Shown piece by piece: positions 1 through 7,592 of a stretch of DNA of 64,000 nt. Origin of the DNA: Takakia lepidozioides (Eukaryota > Plantae > Bryophyta). The stretch lies in the NCBI GenBank assembly GCA_030704615.1, contig CM060732.1:28892001-28956000 (forward strand), given 5' to 3'. Each line of letters begins with the position of its first letter. Position 1 is the stretch's first letter. The notes beneath the pieces were generated by a model. It ran no database searches. It saw nothing but the letters and a program-made list of their open reading frames with translations, and had not been told where the DNA came from. A program made the translations under genes and the position numbers.

Positions 1-1095
1 ACAATTGCACCCTCTTTCGATCATGGGATTGGGCTACAGGTGGAGTCTTGACTTCGCAGGGCCGTTGCCACTGACCATGCGCCACAACAAGTACGTGTTG
101 GTGATGGTGGAGCACTTCTCCAAGTGGATTGAATTGGTTCCATTGCCTGATAAGGCTAGTGAGGGAGCTGCGTATGCATTCCTGGATTGTGTGCTTAGCC
201 GATTCGGTGCTCCAGCTGAGGTACTCACGGACCAAGGGAGAGAGTTCTTGGGGGAGTTTCAGGCTTTGTGTGACAAGGCCTTGATAGACCACCGCACCAC
301 TTCTCGGGATCATCCTGAAGCCGATGGCTTGGCAGAGAGAGTTGTTCAGACAGTAAAGAGGGGTTTGCGCAAGTATGGCTTGCAGAAGGGACACCTAGGA
401 GATTGGGACCTTCAGTTACCCTGGTTAGCCATGGGCTACAGGTTCAGCAGCAAGCATCATGCATCACTTCCTCCTTCTCACCATACTTTTTTCTCTTTGG
501 CCGAGAGCCGGATTTGCCTACATCCATTCGCAGAGAAGCTGCTACAGTTCTTAACCTTGACGATCCGGACGTGTGGGCACGTGCATGTGAGCAGCGTGCA
601 GAGTTGTTCAAGAGAGTCATGCCTATGGCTTTCGAGAACCTTGCCATTGCACAACACCGTGATACGTTGAGGTATGCTACCATACGTGGTGGGGGCTATC
701 GTCCTGGGGTTCGGAGATTCAACCCTGGTGACTATGTCTATCTGCAGCAGACTGCTCCTACGACCCTGGATGTGACTGCAGGACGTGTTATTTTGAGGGT
801 TCGAGAGGTCTTGCCCTCAGGCGTCTTGGTCTTGGAGGGTCGGGATGGCATAACTTGGAAGGACCATGTGCGTAATTGTGCGCCATGTCACCTTCCGAAT
901 GTCGATGGCAGGATTGACCCAAACCTGGCAGTGGTATCTGCAGGTTTGAGGTGCATGTTGTGTGGGTCTACTAAAGGGGCAGCCACCATGCTGGTATGTG
1001 ATCGGTGCTCTAGAGGTTGGCATATGGGATGCTTGACTCCACCTCTTGAGATGGTTCCGGATGGGGATTGGTTATGTCCACATTGCATTGGATAG
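1..1095 (+). pseudogene. Ty3/gypsy pol 3' end: integrase core plus C-terminal PHD finger (frameshift near 465; runs off the window start)
   Basis: ORF 5-670 has the rve core (WSLDFAGP, VLTDQGREF, HPEADGLAERVVQT). It continues in ORF 403-1095 (FSPYFFLFGREP...) and ends in C-x2-C...LVCDRCSRGWHMGCLTPPL...WLCPHC, a C4HC3 PHD. Confidence 0.9.
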
Positions 1096-1340
1096 TGGGA
1101 GTGGATACAACCATGGGAGGCTAACAAGAAACGCAAGGCCCAGCTACTAGGAGACCTTGAACACACGAGATCTTGGCTCAAGTTCATAGATTGCAAGACG
1201 GCGACTAACGATGGGGCTACTCTTGTACCCGGCCTCTTGGTTGATAGAGTTTGAGCACGATAAAGACAGTGATAGAGGCCTTAGTACGGCTGTGGCTATT
1301 ACATCTTGTAGCTATCAAGAGGTAGAGGGACCTATCCACC

Positions 1341-1788
1341 AGCTAGGGGGGCGATTGTGCTAGACTACTTTATTGTGCATATATGTGTGGTGTGGTTTGG
1401 ACAGCGATGTAGTTGTGTAGCGATATGTATGCGCACGACAGCTGTCAAGTTAAATAAGCACAGTGTGAAAACAGCTAGAATAAAACTAGTTATTTGTATT
1501 TAACAATTGGATTTAGGTCAAGTGTTAAATCAGGTGTCAAGTTTAGTTTGACACCTGGTCTGTCTTATCTTCACGAGAGCGGCAGTCGCGCAGCTCATCT
1601 CTCTCGAGTTGAGCCTGCGCGACCGAGCTCCTGCATCGTTTAGGACTGAGTGTGCTCATGATGGGAGTGTAGGTTGTTGTGGGGTGGAGTCCCCACAGCT
1701 TGGGGTGCCCCTGGCTCGACTTCTATTTCTAAGAGTGATGGTTTGGTTTTCATGCTTTGCATCGTGTGTGTCCTTAGCTTTCTTATCA
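1341..1788 (+). mobile_element. Polypurine tract and 3' LTR (1356-1788, TG...CA) of the PHD-integrase gypsy element
   Basis: AGCTAGGGGGGCGAT precedes TGTGCTAG at 1356. The segment ends in TCTTATCA at 1788 and is followed by a repeat of its own first ~85 bp. Confidence 0.7.
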
Positions 1789-1789
1789 T

Positions 1790-1874
1790 TGTGCTAGACT
1801 ACTTTATTGTGCATATATGTGTGGTGTGGTTTGGACAGCGATGTAGTTGTGTAGCGATATGTATGCGCACGACA
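1790..1874 (+). repeat. Exact duplicate of the first 85 bp of the LTR (1356-1440)
   Basis: TGTGCTAGACTAC...GCGCACGACA is identical at 1356-1440 and 1790-1874. Confidence 0.95.
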
Positions 1875-2893
1875 ATTCTCTCACGCTTCTTCGAGAGGTT
1901 TCCCAACTTGAGGTCCCCTCGCATGCTCTTCTTTTTACGTTTGACGTGGAATCTCTATATCCCAGCATCATCACCGAGCTCGGCTTGTATGAGCTCGAAT
2001 GTGCTATTGGAGGTAATTTCACCAAACACAAAAAAGACCTGATCATGACCCTCGCTGGATTAGTCTTGAAACACCATTACCTTGAGTTCAATGGTAGTTT
2101 TTGGCACCAAATTCGCGGGACGGCGATGGGGAGCAACTTTGCAGTTGTTTACGCTTGTTTGTTCCTCTGTCGGTTGGAGATGTACATGGAGTACGTGTGC
2201 CCATCGGAGCAAGAGCTGCTTTATCTTAAGCGCTATATCGACGATGGCTTTGGCATCTGGGTAGGCTCCGAAAAGAGCCTCCGGTCCTGGTTACGGAACT
2301 ACGGTTCCATGTTCGATGGCATCAAAATCACGACCGCCATAAGCCCGACGTCCGCCGACATCTTGGATATCACCTTCCTCAAAGGAGACGACTTCATCCA
2401 AACTTGACGGCTCTCTACTAGATGTCATCAAAAGGCCCAGAACAAGTATCAATACTTGCCTTGGTCCTCGTGGCATCCACATCACCAAAAGAAAGCTTTC
2501 GTCATCGGCGAGCTCCAACGGTACGTAATACGAGAAAGCACCATCCAAGGGTTCAACCATTTGCGACTTTTGTTTTACAAACGTCTTCAAGCCCGAGGTT
2601 ATCCGGCGGCGTTCATCCGGAGTTGCTTCACCAAGATCTCCTACGACCTCAGATCCGCTCTACTCGACCAACAGACGCAACGCGCAGTTGAGGGTAAACG
2701 GGCCCCCCTTGTTCTTAAGCTCGACTACTCTTCGTACACTCGAGCCTTGAACTTGGGGGCCACCCTAAACCCTAGACTCCACGAGTTGCTTCAGCAAGTC
2801 CCGGAGCTTCGGTTTCTTCCTCGAGCGATGATTTGTTGGAGGAATCCGCGAAAGCTGAGTTCATTCCTAGTTAAATCTAGAATGATAGGATGA
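1875..2893 (+). pseudogene. Penelope-like reverse transcriptase (family A), in-frame TGA at 2405-2407, no GIY-YIG domain
   Basis: Motifs FDVESLYPSI, QIRGTAMGSNFAVVYACLFL, RYIDDGFGIW, CHQKAQNKYQYLPWSSWHPHHQK...GELQRY; the ORF ends at WRNPRKLSSFLVKSRMIG*. The TGA corresponds to CGA in copy 2. Confidence 0.9.
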
Positions 2894-3104
2894 TCTTGTA
2901 GTGCAAATGTCCCTAGCATTATTAATTTTGCCTCTTTGATAGCCCTAGTGTTGATGTTAAAGTCAAAGGGTTCCAACAATTAATTTGGACCATTGACTAA
3001 TTAATGCAGTCTTGACTTGGAGGCTAAATTAGTGCTTTAGTGGCATTATTATTGCCTTGGGAATTATCCCATATCGTTTGCACATAGTGAGGGTGCTTTT
3101 CTAG

Positions 3105-3111
3105 TATATAA
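3105..3111 (+). promoter_or_regulatory. TATA box of the PLE-A pseudo-LTR
   Basis: TATATAA about 40 nt upstream of the hammerhead core; the same arrangement recurs at 5414, 37529 and 38837. Confidence 0.7.
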
Positions 3112-3142
3112 GGATAGGCTTGGCTCTTAGGACTTCATCTCT

Positions 3143-3199
3143 TGGTGTTCCACTGATGAGCTTGAGCAATCAAGCGAAACTTGTTTGGAATAAAACACC
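3143..3199 (+). ncRNA. Type I minimal hammerhead ribozyme (PLE-A)
   Basis: Stem I TGTTCCA/TGGAATA, core CTGATGA, stem II GCTTGA-GCAA-TCAAGC, GAAA, very short stem III, predicted cleavage after GTT (3185). Confidence 0.9.
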
Positions 3200-4019
3200 T
3201 TAACTCTTTTTGTGTCTCCACATTTAGAGAAGTCGAGAGTCTAGTCCTTGCCCGCCCGGGCAACTTGGATCGAAGGGGTGCTCGGCTCCGAGGGGAATCC
3301 CAACCCTTGGATACTTCCGAGGTCTTTTTTCTTTCCAAAGCACGGGCGTATAGAGCCTTCCGTTTGACGCCATCTTAGCCACCGCTTACAATGGGGAAGG
3401 CGGCTGGGGGTATATGGTAATCGTGTCGGGCAAGCTAATTTAGCCCCGACTACACGGTTCCCCCTGTCGTACGCCCGATGGTCGGAGAGAAGGGATTTGG
3501 TTGATCCTCCCTCGAGTTCATCTCGAGCGATCAGAGGACTATGGGCATGCGCAAGCCTCTGCCGACCTAACCTTCTCGTCGTCGATGACCTTATGCGGTA
3601 ATCCCTCCCATTCTTCCTTAGAGGTACGAACCTCTTTTTGAAGGTGGGGCATATAAGTTTTCCAACTAGGGGTTGAGACTTGACCCTATGTTTGTGAGTG
3701 CCTTGAGCGCATGCTTGCCCATAGTGAGCAAGATTTTTGTCGCTAAACAAGGAGAAGCAAACATAAAAAAGCTTACGGTTGGAGCGAAAGTGTCTCATTC
3801 TTCAATTAGAGAACCTTATCTCGTGAGGGCGGGAGTCCTTGCATAAGACATAATAGTCTTATAGCATCCCTTTAGGCACGATAGGCGCACTTTGTATGCA
3901 TTTGTCTTGGTTTCCATTGCATTTGTATTTGGGTCCTAACCGGGCCCCCTTAAAATTTACTGTGTCTTTTTCCAGTATTTTTTCTATTTTTTGTTATCTT
4001 TGCAAGCCTTTGTTGACCA

Positions 4020-4071
4020 CCCTAAACCCTAAACCCCAAACCCTAAACCCTAAACCCTAAACCCTAAACCC
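4020..4071 (-). repeat. Interstitial plant telomeric repeat, (CCCTAAA)7 on the + strand
   Basis: Seven 7-mers (one CCCCAAA variant) plus CCC, located exactly between two PLEs. Confidence 0.97.
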
Positions 4072-4073
4072 TT

Positions 4074-5165
4074 TTTGAGCACGCATCCAAGTGGTTGCAT
4101 CACCATCTGTTTCCCATTCTGCTCGAGGAAGATAACCATTTGGTAGATTCTATATCTTTGTTGAAAGATCTGTCGGATAGGCAACTTCCTGGCGACCTGC
4201 TTTTGTTCACCTTTGCTGTGGAGTCATTGTATCCTAGCATTCCTACTGGGGACGGGCTTCGACGATTGAAGGAGATGATTGCCGGCAAGCTCAAGTCACC
4301 TCGGTTTGAAAGATTCGTCCTGAGTCTTTCTCGCATGGTGTTGGAGAATAACTATCTTCAATTTGGCTCCAGCTATTGGCATCAGATCCGAGGCACGGCA
4401 ATGGGTAGCAACTTTGCTGTTGTTTATGCTTGTCTCTTTCTTTGCAGCTTAGAAAGAGAGTTGGCTGGTGCTGGAGGAGGCATGTGGCCTCTATACTACA
4501 AGAGATACATCGATGATGGATTTGGAATTTGGGCAGGATCTCAGGCAAGTTTGGAGGCTTGGCTCGATGGATACAACTCTCTTAGTCCCACAATTCGGAT
4601 TCAAAGGGTAATCTCTGAGTCTACGGTTGACATTCTTGATATTAAGTTCTTCAAGGGAGCTGATTTTGTCAACCATGGGATTTTATCTTCGAGATGTCAT
4701 CAAAAGGCACTCAACAGATACCAGTATTTGCCATGGACCTCGTGTCATCCACGACACCAAAAACGAGCATTCATCATTGGCGAATTACGACGTTACACTT
4801 TGAGGGAGAGCACACGGGCAGGTTTTTCTGAGATCAGGCAACTGTTCTATGAGCGACTGCGTGCTCGAGGCTATCCAAAGTCTTTTATCTTGGAGTGTTT
4901 TGTGCTTTGTGACTATGCACAACGTGCTACACTGTTGACTTCAGAGTCCACTCGTAAGTTGACGGGCAATCGGGCCCCCTTGGTTTTGAAACTTGAGCAT
5001 TCGCGTTATACTCAAGCTCTAAGCTTTGAGGGAGTCCTAAACCCTAAACTTCATGAGGGCTTTTTGAAAGTTCCGCAGTTAGCGTCTTTTGACAGACCTA
5101 TGGTATGTTGGAAGAGGGCACGGAACTTGCGTTCCTATCTAGTTCGTGCTATGTTACAAACCTAG
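4074..5165 (+). CDS. Penelope-like reverse transcriptase (family B), 5'-truncated, open frame, motif A Asp replaced by Ala, no endonuclease
   Basis: FTFAVESLYPSIP, QIRGTAMGSNFAVVYACLFL, RYIDDGFGIW, CHQKALNRYQYLPWTSCHPRHQK...GELRRY; ends WKRARNLRSYLVRAMLQT*. Confidence 0.88.
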   Translation, partial: FEHASKWLHHHLFPILLEEDNHLVDSISLLKDLSDRQLPGDLLLFTFAVESLYPSIPTGDGLRRLKEMIAGKLKSPRFERFVLSLSRMVLENNYLQFGSSYWHQIRGTAMGSNFAVVYACLFLCSLERELAGAGGGMWPLYYKRYIDDGFGIWAGSQASLEAWLDGYNSLSPTIRIQRVISESTVDILDIKFFKGADFVNHGILSSRCHQKALNRYQYLPWTSCHPRHQKRAFIIGELRRYTLRESTRAGFSEIRQLFYERLRARGYPKSFILECFVLCDYAQRATLLTSESTRKLTGNRAPLVLKLEHSRYTQALSFEGVLNPKLHEGFLKVPQLASFDRPMVCWKRARNLRSYLVRAMLQT

Positions 5166-5199
5166 AGGCTAGTTGTATTTGAGACATGCAGTTAGCTTC

Positions 5200-5372
5200 T
5201 AGTTTGGATGATTATCCATTTTGGAGAGAACATTAGGATGTTTTTCATCTAGATTTTCATGCGTTGGATATTTCTCCCCTGCCGAGAAAACTTTGGATGT
5301 TTTTCATCTAAGTTTTCATGTGTTGGACGATCTCTCCAGCCAAGACAATTTTGGATGTTTTCCATCCATTAG
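5200..5372 (+). repeat. Degenerate ~60-bp tandem repeat (about 2.5 units) upstream of the PLE-B TATA box
   Basis: GGATGTTTT(T/C)CATC recurs near 5236, 5296 and 5353. Confidence 0.6.
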
Positions 5373-5413
5373 GTATTTTCTCTCCCCCCCCGAGACAAGT
5401 TCACTTTCCGCAG

Positions 5414-5420
5414 TATATAA
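5414..5420 (+). promoter_or_regulatory. TATA box of the PLE-B pseudo-LTR
   Basis: CAGTATATAAG, about 40 nt upstream of the hammerhead. Confidence 0.7.
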
Positions 5421-5460
5421 GCGGGGCAAGGGGTGCACATTGTATCTCTTTTCCTTCTCT

Positions 5461-5504
5461 TTCCCACTGATGAGCTCACGCGCTGAGCGAAACTAGTTTG
5501 GGGA
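5461..5504 (+). ncRNA. Type I minimal hammerhead ribozyme (PLE-B)
   Basis: Stem I TTCCCA/TGGGGA, CTGATGA, stem II GCTCA-CGCGC-TGAGC, GAAA, palindromic AAACTAGTTT in place of a stable stem III, predicted cleavage after GTT (5498). Confidence 0.92.
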
Positions 5505-5560
5505 TTATAGAGATTCGCTTTGCTGCATCTTGTGTTCTTGTCTCTTTGTCTCATTGGCGG

Positions 5561-5583
5561 CGTTGTTGTTGTTGTTGTTGTTG
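5561..5583 (+). repeat. (GTT)n microsatellite in the PLE-B leader
   Basis: About 7 GTT units. Confidence 0.9.
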
Positions 5584-6106
5584 AGTTTTAGATTTGATCT
5601 TCTGCATAGTTCATTGCATTCATTTGCTTTGTGTCTATTGTAGTGCATGTTTTAAACTCCTTTTCGAGTGTTACATGTTAGATCTCCTTCTAAGACTGCT
5701 CTTTAGTGTGTCTATTCTCTTTCTCAGAGATAGGTTACTATTCTCCTGTCCTTACAGTGAATTAGTTTCATCACACACACTTGCCTCTTGCATATACTTG
5801 CATTTGCACTTTAGAACGTTGCAACATCACTCCCACTCTGTTCTATTCTAGTTTTGTGTCTCAGGATCGATTCTTTTAGTTTTGATTCACAGGCTAGATA
5901 TTTCTACAAGCTTTCTAAGGTGTCCATAACTGGCCCCCCTAAAAACTTGTTTGCACTTTGCTACTAATGCACCCGGTGCATTCGCGGTTCGAACTCTGTT
6001 GCACTGCTACATGTATTTGTTTCCACTCTTTTGTAGACCCTAAACATTTGTTATGATGTTAGCTGCAACTTCTTAACCTTCTTCTTCCAAGCGTCCTAGG
6101 ATAGAG

Positions 6107-7249
6107 ATGAATAGTGATGGTGCTCCTGCAGAAGATCTACCGTCTTATTCGCCTCCAAGGGATTTATCTCCTACTCCAAGGCCGCAAGTTGGGATCTTTT
6201 TCAACCAGAATGATCATTCTCCAGACTTTGTGGATGCTATTCGCAAGTTGTTGGACAACTCTCTGGCGCAGTACAAGAAGGATTTCAAGAGACTTCAACG
6301 TCTCAAGGCAACTTCCGACAAACTCAGATCTCAAAAAGCTGCCGGTGAAATTCCTCATGCTTGTAGAGTTGCTTGTCCGAAGTTGGTCATCTCTTCTGCC
6401 TCTGTCCAGACGTCTTTGGATGCTACTGTCCTAGCAGCCACTGTTGCTTACCATTCAGCTTTGCAAACAGCTTTTATTCAAGCTCATTCCGATCTGGTAC
6501 AAGAAGTTGAAGCTGTTTTGAGCAAATCCTCTGATGTTTTCATTGCTCGACTCAGGGAGATCAACTTGCATGTGGATGTATCTTCTTGCACTGACCAGAT
6601 TCAGGATTCTTCTTGGCTCTTTGATGAACTTGACTTTGTGTGCACTCAAGCCACTACAGCCTGGTATGCCGGAATTTCTTGCTTTCGCGCCAACCACAAC
6701 CTCGGTACTGCAGTGAGGGATAAGGCGTTACATGAAAGGAACCAAGCTAGAGATCAGGCCATGGCAGATGCTGATGTTCTTCCTACTGAGCCTACCATTG
6801 CCGAGCTAGTAAGGAAAGAGGTGCAGAAACAACTTTCCCACTCACGAAAGAAAACTTCTCTCTCTCCTACTCGCCCTAAGCAACATCAACGAGCGCGTTC
6901 TTCCTCTCCTAACCACAAGAGGCGACAACAGCGTGGCCGCTCACCTGCTCGACGAGTCTCCAAGACTCAACCTACCAGCCGAGGCACTTCAGCAAATGCC
7001 AAGGTAACTTCCTCCAAGGCAAACTCTTCAAAGCAGCAGGGAAATGGCCAACAGCGGAATGGGACTGCTCGCACCCGTTTCGCTGCATCGCGTTCATCTT
7101 CTCCGAGCAAATCCGCCCTACGTTCTCAGACCCGTTCTGGTTCTGGACAACAAAAGTCGGGGCAAAACCAACAACAGAAGCTCAAGAAGAAGGTCACATG
7201 GGCAGATCCAAGCCGAAGAGAGCTCGCAAGCTCTTCTGGTGGCCGTTGA
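6107..7249 (+). CDS. PLE-B ORF1, 380 aa: helical/coiled-coil N-terminal part and basic Ser/Arg/Gln-rich C-terminal part (putative nucleic-acid chaperone)
   Basis: Uninterrupted ATG-initiated ORF between the hammerhead and the RT N-terminus. Function is inferred from position and composition only. Confidence 0.75.
   Translation: MNSDGAPAEDLPSYSPPRDLSPTPRPQVGIFFNQNDHSPDFVDAIRKLLDNSLAQYKKDFKRLQRLKATSDKLRSQKAAGEIPHACRVACPKLVISSASVQTSLDATVLAATVAYHSALQTAFIQAHSDLVQEVEAVLSKSSDVFIARLREINLHVDVSSCTDQIQDSSWLFDELDFVCTQATTAWYAGISCFRANHNLGTAVRDKALHERNQARDQAMADADVLPTEPTIAELVRKEVQKQLSHSRKKTSLSPTRPKQHQRARSSSPNHKRRQQRGRSPARRVSKTQPTSRGTSANAKVTSSKANSSKQQGNGQQRNGTARTRFAASRSSSPSKSALRSQTRSGSGQQKSGQNQQQKLKKKVTWADPSRRELASSSGGR
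7039..7109 (+). promoter_or_regulatory. Predicted -1 programmed ribosomal frameshift signal (G GGA AAT plus H-type pseudoknot)
   Basis: Heptamer 7039-7045 in X_XXY_YYZ register with ORF1; 6-nt spacer; 12-bp stem 7052-7063/7074-7085; loop TGCTCG (7066-7071) complementary to CGAGCA (7104-7109); the -1 frame is open from 6913 into the RT. Confidence 0.8.
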
Positions 7250-7592
7250 GGGATGTAGAAGGCTATAAGCTTTATCTTTTTTCTTGCAAGAGAGTCTCTC
7301 AGGCAGAGAACAGGTTAACCAACGTGGCCATCCACAACATGGCCAATCGTCCACTCTCTTGTTTTGAAAAGAAGCTTTTAGGCCTAGGTTTGAGTTTTAT
7401 TCCTCATCCTACTCCTCCTTCTCCCTCTTCTATTCTTGATGCTTATGACTCTTTGGCTCGATCTTTACGTCTTCGATATCACTTCAGGGATGCTAGAGAT
7501 AGACCCATTCCTCCTTTCAGAGTTCCTCAACCTTCTTGGGATCAGTGTGTGCGACTTCCTGCTCTGGAACGCATTATCATCGAGGGTCGCAA
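7045..7592 (+). CDS. N-terminal region of the PLE-B RT (in the -1 frame of ORF1), truncated
   Basis: IHNMANRPLSCFEKKLLGLGLSFIPHP...LARSLRLRYHF...PFRVPQPSW resembles the conserved N-terminal block of Penelope-like RTs. Confidence 0.75.

Larger units (their letters stand above)
1875..4019 (+). mobile_element. Endonuclease-less Penelope-like retroelement, family A, copy 1 (5'-truncated)
   Basis: PLE-type RT, 3' UTR, TATA box, hammerhead ribozyme and leader. The 3' end abuts a telomeric repeat tract. A second copy lies at 37689-38982. Confidence 0.85.
4072..7592 (+). mobile_element. Endonuclease-less Penelope-like retroelement, family B, as a permuted partial tandem: RT 3' part, pseudo-LTR, ORF1, RT N-terminus (right boundary approximate)
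   Basis: RT core 4072-5165, TATA and hammerhead at 5414-5504, ORF1 6107-7249, then a PLE RT N-terminal region that is lost near 7590. Confidence 0.85.

Noticed and set aside
2405-2407. Recoded TGA (selenocysteine or readthrough) in the PLE-A RT
   Set aside because: Copy 2 has CGA (Arg) at this codon; consistent with CpG deamination.
3241-3798. 185-aa antisense ORF in the PLE-A leader
   Set aside because: No recognisable motif and no counterpart in the family B leader; treated as a chance ORF, although it cannot be fully excluded.
1875-5165. Telomerase (TERT), retron or group II intron identity for the RTs
   Set aside because: The GTAMGS, YIDD and HP...K thumb motifs, the hammerheads and the multi-copy truncated arrangement fit Penelope-like elements; no TERT-specific or maturase domains were seen.
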